Part shown: piece by piece, positions 55,610 through 64,000 of the stretch
Layout: each line of letters starts with the position of its first letter
Numbering within the stretch: position 1 is the stretch's first letter
Assembly (NCBI GenBank): GCA_963696985.1
Contig: CAVOMG010000001.1
Location: 372,737-436,736 of the forward strand
DNA length: 64,000 bases
DNA from: an uncultured Thermoplasmata archaeon
Lineage (GTDB): Archaea; Thermoplasmatota; Thermoplasmata; Lutacidiplasmatales; UBA184
Direction of reading: 5' to 3'
The notes under the pieces: generated by a model
Seen by the model: only the letters and a program-made list of their open reading frames with translations
Databases searched by the model: none
Told to the model about the DNA's origin: nothing
Translations under genes and position numbers: made by a program

Positions 55610-55832
55610 GTTCAGGCTGAGGTTGGGATCCAGGGCACGGGGGCGGGGGGCGCTCCGGCATACTGCGCGATTCCGTGCGGACGGTGGATTGCAGAGCGCC
55701 CTTGGCGGGGCGTCGTCGCAATGGATCACGAATCGTAACTCCGCGCTGTTCCGGAGTTTGGCGAACCTTTCCCGAACTGCGGGTTTGTCCAATTTCGAGC
55801 CGAAAGTGTCGAGCCAATGGGGAGGAGGTTCA

Positions 55833-55904
55833 TGGACACGGGGGGATTTGAACCCCCGGCCTCTGCTTTGCGAAAGCAGCGATCTTCCGCTGATCTACGT
55901 GCCC
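55833..55904 (-). tRNA. tRNA-Ala (anticodon CGC)
   Basis: Hand-folded reverse complement: GGGCACG TA GATC AGCGGAA GATC G CTGCT TTCGCAA AGCAG AGGCC GGGGG TTCAAAT CCCCC CGTGTCC A. All stems pair. It has the G3:U70 alanine identity pair and discriminator A. No encoded CCA. Confidence 0.9.
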
Positions 55905-55930
55905 TCGAGCGCGGCCGAGGACCGGCGGGG

Positions 55931-55936
55931 CATAAG
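55931..55936 (-). promoter_or_regulatory. TATA-like element (CTTATG on the minus strand) about 29 nt upstream of tRNA-Ala
   Basis: The spacing to the tRNA 5-prime end (55904) fits archaeal promoter geometry. The sequence itself is a weak match. Confidence 0.25.
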
Positions 55937-55949
55937 CCTTGTCGGCGGG

Positions 55950-56564
55950 CTATGGCGCGATCATCGCGAGCGAGGCGAGCTCCCCGCTCGGGGCGGGCTG
56001 ATCCCGCTTTTCCCCGGCGGAGGTCGACGCCGTGGCGGCCGGGGTCGGGCCCACCGGGGGTGGCTTGCGGGCCGAGGAAGCGCCGCGCGTGGGCGCGGCG
56101 CGGGTCGGAAGGAGCAGGTGCTGGTCCGGGTCATACCGGAACATGCCGGCGTACCGGCCCCAGTTGATGATGTTCTGAACGAGCTCGTCCGCGGGAGCGG
56201 TGGTGAAGGAGATCAGGCGGACGAGCTCTTCCTCCGTGAGCCGGTGCTCCGGGGCGCTCTCGAGCGCCCGCATGAGGGCCTTGAAGAGCGTGGTCCGAAC
56301 GAGCTGCTCCCGGATGACCTCCTTGCGGGCGCTGATCGTTCCGGCCATGAGGTGCTTTCCGGACTCCGTGAGCGAGGCTCGCCCATCGGAAAGCTTGACG
56401 AATCCGAGGACCTGCGCGAAGTCGATCGCTGGGAGGATCTCGTCAATCTCGAGGTCGAGGTCGTCGGCGAGCCGGGCGATCTCCTCGTCCCCCTTGTGGG
56501 TCTCCAAGAGTACCAGGAGCCCGAGCATCTCGGTCGGGGCGCACTTCGGATAGACGGTCGGCAC
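55950..56564 (-). CDS. Stand-alone AAA-associated C-terminal domain protein of NitT/TauT-type ABC ATPases
   Basis: LGLLVLLETHKGDEEIARLADDLDLEIDEILPAIDFAQVLGFVKLSDGRASLTESGK... resembles the C-terminal regulatory domain that is usually fused to nitrate/sulfonate/bicarbonate ABC ATPases. It lies directly downstream of such an ATPase. Confidence 0.55.
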   Translation of the reverse strand: MPTVYPKCAPTEMLGLLVLLETHKGDEEIARLADDLDLEIDEILPAIDFAQVLGFVKLSDGRASLTESGKHLMAGTISARKEVIREQLVRTTLFKALMRALESAPEHRLTEEELVRLISFTTAPADELVQNIINWGRYAGMFRYDPDQHLLLPTRAAPTRGASSARKPPPVGPTPAATASTSAGEKRDQPAPSGELASLAMIAP

Positions 56565-56641
56565 GTTCTCACTCGCTCAACGAACCCGAAAGACGAAGGG
56601 GGGCCGCCTATAAGGCTTCGATTTAGGGCACGGAAAGTGGG

Positions 56642-57498
56642 TCACGTCGACCCCCTTCCGTTGGCGGAGTTCGGGGCCCCGGACAGGGGGGCCGGGCTCT
56701 CCTTCGCCTGGGCCGGCACGACCGCCCCGGGGGCGGGGACGGGGGCCCCCTCGGTGATCAGCGAGTAGACGTAGTCCGTCAGCGCGTAGAACGCCTCCGA
56801 CTTGCGGTCCCGGGGCCTCGGAAGGTTCACGAGGACCCCCGCGAGGACCCGACCGGGCCTTCGAGAGAGGACGAGCACACGGTCGGCCATCGAGAGGGCC
56901 TCTTCGATATTGTGGGTGACGAGGATCACCGCCTCGGGGGGAGCCCGGGATCCCGCCAAAGCTGGAGCACCTCCTCGCGGAGGCTCTCCGCGGTCAGCGG
57001 GTCGAGGGCGCTGAATGGCTCGTCCATCAAGAGGACCGCGGGTTCGATCGCAAGGGCGCGGGCGAGGCCGACGCGCTGCCGCATCCCCCCGGAGAGCTCC
57101 CTCGGGTAGGCCTCCTCGAACCCCACGAGGCCGGTGACCGTCACGTACCGCTCGACCTGGGCCTCGATACGGCCCGCTTCCCACCCCCGAGCCTCCAGGC
57201 CGAGGGCGACGTTCTCGCGCACGGAGAGCCACGGGAAGAGGGCAAAGTTCTGGAAGACCATCGCCATCTCATGGTTCGGGCCGGTGACCGGCTGACCGCG
57301 GAACCGGATCTCCCCTCCGGTCGGATGGTCGAGCCCTTGGATGAGCCTCAGGAGGGTCGATTTCCCGCATCCGGACGGGCCGACGATCGCGAGGAAATCG
57401 TTGTCCGCGACCGAGAAGCTGACGTCGGACATGATCGTGATCGAGCCGTGGCGCGAGCTGAACGCCTTCGAGACGTTGTTCACCTCGATCAGCGTCAT
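56642..57498 (-). CDS. ABC transporter ATP-binding protein (NitT/TauT family), with an apparent 1-nt deletion in the homopolymer at 56936-56941
   Basis: GPSGCGKSTLL (Walker A), LSGGMRQRVGLARAL (signature) and LLMDEPFSALD (Walker B) lie in ORF 56926..57756. VILVTHNIEEAL (H-loop) and the C-terminus lie in the frame of ORF 56642..57232. ATG 57498 is preceded by GGAGGT. Confidence 0.85.
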
Positions 57499-57524
57499 GC
57501 GACCTCCTGAACCTCGTATCCCGC

Positions 57525-59348
57525 CTAATCGTAACGGTACTTCTCGACCGCCCTCCGGTAGAGCGGCTTCCAGAGCACCTCGTTGATCACAACCACGGTG
57601 AGGACCATCGTGAACAGGGCCACGACCATGAGCGGAAGCCCTGCCCCGTTGAGCTCGCCGTTCCCCACATCGATGAGCTCCCCGATGCCCAGGACCTGGA
57701 ACGGGGCATGTCCCGCCGGGTTCTCCAGGTACTCGGCAATGACGAGAGCGTTCCACCCCCCGCCAAACGCCGTGATCGAACCGGTCACGAACGCGGGGAA
57801 GATCCCGGGGAAGAGCAGCCGACGGCGATAGTCGGCGCCATCGAGGCCGTAGGAGCGGGCGGCCTCATCGAGGTCCGGGGGAATGGTCCTCACCCCTGAG
57901 AGGAGATTGAAGAAGAGGTACCAGATCATCCCGGTGAGCAGCATCAGGACCGACGTAAGTCCGGCCCCGATCACGGGCCATAGGACGAAGATGAATGCCG
58001 GGAAGAGGGCGGTCGCCGGCACGGAGGCGATGATCTCCACGACCGGGAGACCGATCCGGGCTGCCCGGGCACGTCGGGCAAAGACGATCGCGAGCGGGAG
58101 CGCGATCGCGAGCGAGATCGCATACGCGGCGATCAGGCGACCCCCGGAGAACGCCAGGGCGACCGGGAGGCTGTCGATCTGGTCCCGCACCGGGCCGAGG
58201 ATTGGTCCGGTGAGCACCCGGTAGACCGAGACGCTGATCGTGATCAGCAGGAGCCAGACCAGAACGAGAAGGGTCCCGAGGGCCACCGAGCGTCCTACCG
58301 CACCCCAGAACGGCCGGCGCTTCGAGCGCCCGGCCTGGGTGGCCCGGGTCGCGAGGGCCACGAACGGAGGTACCGATCCGATTGACGCCGGTGAGGAACC
58401 CCCGGCGGACGAGGCCGACGGCCCGGACGAACGGGGCGCGGGGCTTCGGGCCACCCGTCAGCATCCCTTCGCCGCTCGGCGTAACGTCGTAGCGGTACTT
58501 CTCCGCCCAACGCCCGAGGGGGCGCCACACAAAGAGGTCCATCGCCGCGATCAGCGCGATAAGCACCGCGAGCCCGACGATGAGCGCCGTCCCGTCCCCC
58601 CGGCGGCGGCGGTAAGGAGAAACGTGCCGATCCCCGAGAGGCGTGTGGTCGAGGAGGCGGTGCTGATCAGTTCGGCGGCGACGAGAAAGTACCACCCGCC
58701 GGTCCACGAGAGGACCGAGTTGTAGACGAGCCGGTTCGTCGTGGCCGGGAGGAGCACCCGGCGGAGCCGCCGGATCCCGTGGACATCGAAAGTGTCGGCG
58801 GCCTCCTTGAGGTCGCTCGGGACCGATTTGAGCGACTCGTACACCCCGAAGACCATGTTCCAGGACATGGAGGTGAAGATGAGGAAGATCGAGGCGAAGT
58901 TCGCCCCGATCGGGCTCCCCGGAGTGAGCCTCACGAAGACCGCGATCGCGACCGGAAAGAACCCTAGGATTGGGACCGATTGCAGGATGTCGAGGACGGG
59001 GATTAGGATCCGTTCGCCGGTCGCGTTCGACGCCGCGAAGTATCCGTAAACGATCGCGAAGCCGAGGGAGAGGATATAGGCGATCAGCATTCGGGTGAAC
59101 GAGGCGCCGAGGTCCGGGAGCGCGGCGAGAAGGTCGTTCGATACCGGGCCGATCCCGCTCCCACTGAGGGTGAGCGCAGCCGGGACCGAGAGGGCGGCCC
59201 CGAACGCGGTCGCGACGAACGCGACCTGCCGAGGCGTGCGATGGAAGCCGCGGAAGCCGGGCGCGACGTTCCCGCTCTGAGCGGCCCCAAGACCCCCGGC
59301 CGCCGCCCCGGTGGGTGGGGTTCCCGGCGCCCCGCCCTCGTTGGCCAT
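57525..59348 (-). CDS. Fused double ABC permease (two NitT/TauT-type transmembrane domains), with two apparent frame disruptions (58596-58601 and about 58365)
   Basis: Domain 1 lies in ORF 58551..59348 (...SVPSDLKEAADTFDVHGIRRLRRVLLPATTN...). The linker GDGTALIVGLAVLIALIAAMDLFVWRPLGRWAEKYRYD lies in the frame of ORF 57865..59454. Domain 2 lies in ORF 57525..58454 (...TIPPDLDEAARSYGLDGADYRRRLLFPGIFP...WKPLYRRAVEKYRYD). Both domains end with the same EKYRYD tail. Confidence 0.7.
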
Positions 59349-59619
59349 GCACCACCACGGCCATGCTGCGGCTACGGCATGGTCTCGGGGGCGACCGTTC
59401 TAGGCTATATCTGCGTTCGCTCGCGCCGGCCCATCTAAGCGTCTTACTCGGCATGACTCGAGGTCCGGCGGGCGAACCGCACGGAGTTTCGGGAAGATCC
59501 GCGGCGGCAGGCTCAACGGTTCATGAGGCGCGTCGGGCCTCGGGCCCGCGGGCGCCGATCGCCTGCGGACGGATCCGGATCGGGGCGGATCATCGTCGGG
59601 GGAGATTCCCTCGGCAATG

Positions 59620-59625
59620 TTTATC
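59620..59625 (+). promoter_or_regulatory. TTTATC TATA-like element about 30 nt upstream of tRNA-Gln
   Basis: The only AT-rich hexamer in the 60 nt preceding the tRNA 5-prime end at 59652. Confidence 0.35.
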
Positions 59626-59651
59626 TGTCCAACCCGGCTCGTCCGATTCGT

Positions 59652-59758
59652 AGCCCCGTGGTGTAGTGGCCAATCATGCGAGACTCTGGATCTCGCGACG
59701 CAGGTTCGAACGCCACGGGGGAGCTCCTCCCTCGGGGCCGGGACTCCTGCCGGGGCTA
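59652..59758 (+). tRNA. tRNA-Gln (anticodon CUG) interrupted by a 34-nt non-canonical intron in the T-loop (position 59/60)
   Basis: Exon 1 (59652-59710): AGCCCCG TG GTGT AGTGGCCAA TCAT G CGAGA CTCTGGA TCTCG CGAC GCAGG TTCGAA. Exon 2 (59745-59758): T CCTGC CGGGGCT A. After removal of 59711-59744 every stem is Watson-Crick: acceptor 7/7, T-stem 5/5 and anticodon stem 5/5. The T-loop becomes TTCGAAT. Confidence 0.75.
59711..59744 (+). other. Putative tRNA intron (cgccacgggggagctcctccctcggggccgggac)
   Basis: Defined by subtraction from the tRNA-Gln fold. The boundary is ambiguous by +/-1 nt. It contains an internal GGGAG/CTCCC hairpin. I did not verify a bulge-helix-bulge motif. Confidence 0.6.
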
Positions 59759-59974
59759 CTCTTCCTATCGCCAGCAGTTCACGATGTCGATGCGGGGGTG
59801 CTCCAGCTCGGCCAATCCGGCCCGGATCGGGGTCGGGGCCACCGAGGCAGGGCTTAGGACCCTGTTGCCTAGGGCATTCGCCGGTTCAAAGGGTGGGTCG
59901 GTCCGAGCCGGCCCCCGGAGATTCCGGCCCCCCGCATTCCCTTCGAACCCGGGGCCGTAGGGCCGCCCGCACGG

Positions 59975-60878
59975 ATGCCCGCCGAAGAGCTCCTCGAGCC
60001 GGACCAGATCCTGGCGCTCGATCCGGACGCGGCGGACCGGCTGCTCGATCGCTTGGAGGCGCAGGTCCCGATCCGCGCGGCGTACGAGACCGTCCCCGCC
60101 ACCCCGATGCGGGCGGCCACCGTCTTCGGGGATACCCATGGCGATTGGCCGAGCACGCTCGAGGCATCGCAGAGATTCCGGTCGGACCCCCGATCCGAGG
60201 CTTTGATCGGCCTCGGCGACATGATCGACCGGCCACCTCCGGATTGTGATTCGGGCTCGGTCGCGAACGCCCTCTACCTCCTCCAACTCGTCGCTTCGTA
60301 CCCGGACCGAGTCTTCCTGCTTCAGGGGAACCACGAGGCGCACACCCGGATCGCCGTCCTGCCGCACACCCTCGCCGAGGAGGTCGATCAGTTGTGGGGC
60401 CCCGTGGAATCCCGTTACCTGAGGATCCTCCACCTGCTCGGACGCGGGCCGCTCGCCCTGACGACCGCAAGCGGGGCCTACCTTGCGCACGGTGGCTTTC
60501 CAACAGAGCCGGGGCCAGATCCCTTCCCCGCCGAGTTCCGATCGGTCGACATCGATCGGCTCGCAGAGATCGTCTGGGGCGAAACGTCGGTCGGGCGGTC
60601 CCACAGGGGAGTGGTCCGGCCCTTCGGCGAGGCGGAGCTCGACCGGTTCCTCGCACGAAGCCACACGAAGATCTTCCTCCGCGGCCACGACCCTGCAGCT
60701 CACCGGTCGCCCCCTCTTTCACGGACGTTGCCTGACCTTACACACCTGCCGGATCTTCGAACGGTTCGGCGGGGTGATCGTCGGCCGGCTCCCGCTCGAC
60801 CGGCCGGTGGAGAGCGTGCTCGACGTGACGGTCGAGCACCTCCACACCGAGGGTCGAGCGGCTTCGACGATCGACTGA
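59975..60878 (+). CDS. Metallophosphoesterase (PPP-type Ser/Thr phosphatase-like), with an apparent frame disruption near 60685-60700
   Basis: VFGDTHGD, GLGDMIDR, LLQGNHE and AHGG lie in ORF 59975..60985. After FLRGHD the sequence continues as LTGRPLFHGRCLTLHTCRIFERFGGVIVGRL...HLHTEG in the frame of ORF 60483..60878. Confidence 0.7.
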
Positions 60879-60915
60879 GCCCGCCGCTGAGCTCGTTCGT
60901 GGGAAGTCGGCCCGG

Positions 60916-61499
60916 TCAGCGAGGCGGAGGGCCGCCGAAGATCCGGGCCTCCTCGGCCTCGAGGGCGCGTGCGTCCCGTGCTTGAGCGAACGCTGCCAGC
61001 GCAGCACCGTTCACGTCGAAGAACGCCTCCCCCCCTCGCAGCCCGGAGAGCAGGCGCCTCGCCTGCTGGGGCGCCCCGAGGATCCACGCGGCGGCGGCGA
61101 GCGCCTCGGCCGTGTTGAGCTCGGAGACGCGGCCGAAGTGCTGCGGGTTCGTCGCGAGCAGCCAAGGTAGCCGTCGCCGTTCCCGGATTCCCCCGAGCCG
61201 ACGGTCCTCGTCCGGGTACCCACCCCGGTCTCGCAGACGGTTCCAGGAGCAATCCACGGCGAGCAGGCCCGATCGCTCCACCCAGGCCTTGTCCGACGGC
61301 GAAAGCGGCTTTTCGGCGTGCGGGTCGAGGAGGAGCGGAACCCGCCGGGGGCCGGCCGTCCCTTGAGCTCGCGCACGAGCCCTACGTGGAGGAGGTGACG
61401 GCCCGTACACGCCTTCGGGTGATCCTCGCCGGCGAGGAGGAGATAGAGGCGGATCGGGCCGCTATCGGGGGGGCTCGGCGTACTCCCGGAAGATCGCAT
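60916..61499 (-). CDS. tsr3: 16S rRNA aminocarboxypropyltransferase Tsr3 (DUF367), with an apparent frame disruption in the homopolymer at 61347-61351
   Basis: [30 protein letters not shown] lies in the frame of ORF 61011..61499. [17 protein letters not shown]...[11 protein letters not shown]...[34 protein letters not shown]...GGEAFFDVN lies in ORF 60916..61410. Confidence 0.75.
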
Positions 61500-62433
61500 G
61501 CAATTCCCGGGTCATCTTCAGCGCCTCGGCCTTGGGGCGCTGCCACATGTTGCGGCCGAAGATGATCCCCGTCGCCCCCGCGTCCATCGACATCCGCACC
61601 TTCGAGAGGAGCTCGGCGTCCGTGACCTTTTCGCCGCCCGAGACCAGGACGAGCGCGCGGCCGGCGCTCTCAACGACCTTGCGGAACGCGGCCTCGGGGG
61701 TGATGTCGAGGGAGTTGTAGGGCGCGGGGCTCTCGCGGTCCCGCTCCGAGCGCACCGGATAGTTGAGCTTCACGATGTCCGCGCCGAGCTCGAGGGCGAC
61801 GCGCGCGGCGTAGTCGATCGCGTAGAGGCTCTCCTTGCCCCCCTTCTTCGTGACGGCCTCTCCACGCGGATAGGCCCAGACGATCACCGGCATCCCGAGC
61901 CGCTCGGCGTCGCGGCGGACCGCGCGGAACTGCTCGAAGTCCCGGTCCTGGGCCGGTGAGCCGACGTAGACGGTGTACCCGACCGCGTCGGCCCCGAGCC
62001 GGACCGCGTCCTCGACGGTCCCGGTTAAGGCGCTGAACGCCTGAGCGTCGGGCGGGATCGAGGTCTTGCCATTCAGCTTGAGGATGAGCGGAACTTCGCC
62101 TGCGTAGGCGCCGAAGTACTTCTCCGCGAGCCCGATGTGCAACGCGATCGCCGAGAACTTCCCTTCCTCGGCGAGCTCGAACTGGTACTGCGGATCGAGG
62201 GATTGGGGATTGTCGAAGAAGTCCACCGGGCCGTGCTCGAGCCCCTGGTCGATCGGCAGCACGAGAAGCGTACCGCCCCCCGGCCCGTGGTGGTAGAGGA
62301 GCCGCGTCAGGCGTGTCCGCTTGCCGGGGGAGAGCCCTAGCGTGGAGAGCGCGGGTCGGCGGAATCGACCGGCCGAGGCAGGTGGCGGGACGACCGCCGG
62401 CGCGGGGCCCGAACGGACCGCTGCATCGGACAC
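61462..62433 (-). CDS. Class I fructose-bisphosphate aldolase, DhnA/FbaB family
   Basis: [38 protein letters not shown] and GRNMWQ align with the E. coli FbaB blocks as I recall them. AroA-prime-type ADH synthase is the alternative within the same fold. Confidence 0.75.
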   Translation of the reverse strand: MSDAAVRSGPAPAVVPPPASAGRFRRPALSTLGLSPGKRTRLTRLLYHHGPGGGTLLVLPIDQGLEHGPVDFFDNPQSLDPQYQFELAEEGKFSAIALHIGLAEKYFGAYAGEVPLILKLNGKTSIPPDAQAFSALTGTVEDAVRLGADAVGYTVYVGSPAQDRDFEQFRAVRRDAERLGMPVIVWAYPRGEAVTKKGGKESLYAIDYAARVALELGADIVKLNYPVRSERDRESPAPYNSLDITPEAAFRKVVESAGRALVLVSGGEKVTDAELLSKVRMSMDAGATGIIFGRNMWQRPKAEALKMTRELHAIFREYAEPPR

Positions 62434-62531
62434 GGTAACGCCTCGGGGCGGCGTATCGGGGCGGTCGATTTAAGGCTTGGTCGGAGCGGCCTCGCCTCCG
62501 CCTCGGCCGCGGGCTTATCCCCCGTTCCCGC

Positions 62532-63443
62532 ATGGTTCGGGCGGAGTCCCTCGACCGGATGCGATCCCAGGTCATCGTCGGAGCGACGCTGGTCGTCGAT
62601 GCGGCGCTCTTTCTCGCCTTGCTCGCGGTCGGGATCGCCTCGGGGAGCCGGGCCGTGCTCTCCCAGGCGATCTACGTCGTCGCCGACCTGATCGGCGCCG
62701 GCCTCCTCTCCTGGGGGATCATCGCCTCGATGCGCCCGCCGGATGAGAAGCACCCGTTCGGACGCGGCAAGGAACGCTTCTTCTGGTCGTTCTCCGCGTC
62801 GCTCGTGACGTTCACGCTCGCGGGGTTCATCGTCATCCTCACCGGCCTGGCCTCGGTGGCGCACCCGACCGGCGTCACCGACCTGCGCTACGTCTTCCTC
62901 GTGCTCGGCCTCACCGTCCTCTCGAGCGCCATCGGGATCTTCGTCACGCTCCGGGAGCTCGCGATCGAGCACCTCTCCCTTCCCGAGTTCCTCGAATCGT
63001 CGAACCTCGGGCTGAAGACGATCTTCTACCAGGACCTGGTCTCGGTCTTCGGCGCCTTGGTCGCGCTCCTCGGGATCGTCTTCATCGAGATCACCCGCCG
63101 GCCAGTCTTCGACGGGCTGGCCGCCATCGGCGTCGGGGTCCTCCTCCTCGTCACCGGGGTCCTCCTCGCCGGGGAGAGCCGCGTGCTTCTCGTCGGCAAG
63201 GCGATCTCGCCCGGCGAGGCCCGCAAGGTCCTTCAGCTGGTCGAGCGCGACGCCCGGGTCCGGAAGGTCCGGGGGCTCCAGTCGATGATGCTCGGCCCTG
63301 AGGATATCCTGGTCGCGCTCCGGGTCAACTTCCAGGACGGGTTGACCACCGATCAGATCGAAGGGGCGATCGACCAGATCGCGGCGTCCATTCGGGAATC
63401 GTTCCCCATGATGCGCCACCTGCTCATCGAGCCGGAGTCGTAG
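62532..63443 (+). CDS. Cation diffusion facilitator (CDF) family metal efflux transporter
   Basis: Six TM helices with SQAIYVVADLIGAGL and HPFGRGKERFFWSF, plus the C-terminal cytoplasmic domain (VRKVRGLQSMMLGPEDILVALRVNF). Confidence 0.8.
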   Translation: MVRAESLDRMRSQVIVGATLVVDAALFLALLAVGIASGSRAVLSQAIYVVADLIGAGLLSWGIIASMRPPDEKHPFGRGKERFFWSFSASLVTFTLAGFIVILTGLASVAHPTGVTDLRYVFLVLGLTVLSSAIGIFVTLRELAIEHLSLPEFLESSNLGLKTIFYQDLVSVFGALVALLGIVFIEITRRPVFDGLAAIGVGVLLLVTGVLLAGESRVLLVGKAISPGEARKVLQLVERDARVRKVRGLQSMMLGPEDILVALRVNFQDGLTTDQIEGAIDQIAASIRESFPMMRHLLIEPES

Positions 63444-64000
63444 GCACGTTCGTCCGGTCCGGCGCCGGACCGACCCGATGGCCCCACCACCGGGCGAGGG
63501 TGAGCGCGGCGAGCCCGATCGCGATCCCGGCGAAGTAGATGTCGAGCCCGATCGAGTCGAACGTATCGTAGAGCCACGTCGAGAGGACGAGGCCACCGAT
63601 CATCCCGAGGCTGATGGTGAGCGTGTACACCGACATCGTGGTCGCCCGGGAGATCGAGCGAGTTTCGTCGACGAGCGCGGCGAGGGCTGCGGGCCCGTAG
63701 GACAGGGCGGGGAGGGCGCTCACCCCGACCAAGGCGACGGCGGGGATCGAAAGGCCGTACGTCGCGAGGTCACCGGCGCCGATCAGGACGCCGATGAACC
63801 CGAGGGTCCCGACGCCCATGAGGCGCATACGGCCGAATCGGTCGGCGAGCCGACCGAAGTACGGCTGGGTCGCCAGGAGCAGGAGCCCGCCAGCGCCGAT
63901 CAATCCCCCGAGCTCCCACGACGGGAGCCCGATCGCTGTGGAGGCCCCTCCGAGGAAGACGAAGAGCGTGCCGAGGAGCAGGTAGATGACGAGCCACGGG
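63424..64000 (-). CDS. MFS transporter, C-terminal part (5-prime end beyond the right edge of the window)
   Basis: ORF 63424..63903 plus upstream continuation. It has a strong motif A (GRLADRFGRMRLMG) and consecutive hydrophobic helices. The reading frame stays open to position 64000. Confidence 0.7.
   Translation of the reverse strand, partial: PWLVIYLLLGTLFVFLGGASTAIGLPSWELGGLIGAGGLLLLATQPYFGRLADRFGRMRLMGVGTLGFIGVLIGAGDLATYGLSIPAVALVGVSALPALSYGPAALAALVDETRSISRATTMSVYTLTISLGMIGGLVLSTWLYDTFDSIGLDIYFAGIAIGLAALTLARWWGHRVGPAPDRTNVPTTPAR

Noticed and set aside
51017-55904. An integrated virus or plasmid at tRNA-Ala
   Set aside because: There is no integrase (tyrosine or SSV-type split), no capsid or replication genes, and I could not find a second copy of the tRNA 3-prime half by eye in 51000-55830. 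Only the weaker statement, a compositional islet next to a tRNA, is kept.
55817-56167. ORF 55817..56167(+), 116 aa
   Set aside because: It starts inside and reads antisense through tRNA-Ala, and then runs antisense to the gene at 55950..56564. It is R/P/G-rich.
59652-59730. tRNA-Gln first looked like a pseudo-tRNA or an att-site remnant, because the sequence after TTCGAA (cgccacggggga) cannot form a T-stem and CCACGGGG mimics an acceptor strand
   Set aside because: The exact complementary T-stem and acceptor strands plus the discriminator are present 34 nt downstream. An intron explains everything, and a truncated att copy would not restore all stems.
1-64000. CRISPR arrays, rRNA genes and large tandem repeats
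   Set aside because: Reading through all intergenic regions revealed no regularly spaced direct repeats and no rRNA-like conserved blocks. The only repeats found are the IS termini, the RHH palindrome, short promoter-region repeats and protein-level domain repeats.

Overview
This is a high-GC archaeal chromosomal segment. Hand counts give 81/120 G+C at 25201-25320, against 68/120 at 55201-55320 inside a low-GC islet. Archaeal origin is supported by the uS13-uS4-uS11-RpoD operon, pelota, aIF-1A, Bud32, TrmY, Tsr3, a Tes-like radical SAM enzyme, a thermopsin-like protease, TATA-box promoter geometry and two archaeal-type tRNAs. A Thermoplasmatota-like lineage is only an inference.

Content from left to right:
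- Transporters and housekeeping genes: dnaJ, an RsmC-like methyltransferase and the ribosomal/RNAP operon.
- A tandem ribbon-helix-helix (RHH) gene with a palindromic operator, directly upstream of a divergent FtsZ paralog.
- TrmY, a HAD hydrolase, a SWIM protein, the Tes-like radical SAM gene, an M61 peptidase, NUDIX and an alpha/beta hydrolase.
- A dispersed beta-oxidation-like set: thiolase + DUF35, acyl-CoA synthetase, two acyl-CoA dehydrogenases, enoyl-CoA hydratase, EtfAB and FixC. It is interleaved with speB, bud32, nnr and aIF-1A.
- LarB and a secreted/proteolytic block: membrane FKBP, an ACE-like M2 peptidase and a giant thermopsin/PKD/Ig-repeat protein.
- msrB, then a KaiC-like ATPase convergent with an operon of a Kelch/Ig-repeat surface protein, a wHTH regulator and a truncated RFC-like AAA+.
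- A low-GC islet holding a 2.4-kb IS (16-bp perfect IRs, TTAG duplication), small membrane proteins and a collagen-like protein, ending at tRNA-Ala(CGC).
- A NitT/TauT-type ABC transporter, a tRNA-Gln(CUG) interrupted by a 34-nt T-loop intron, a phosphoesterase, Tsr3, FbaB, a CDF transporter and another MFS.

About two dozen single-base frame disruptions affect conserved and even essential genes, and most sit in G or C runs. I read them as consensus errors, not decay, so I report merged gene models. No CRISPR array, rRNA or integrase was seen.
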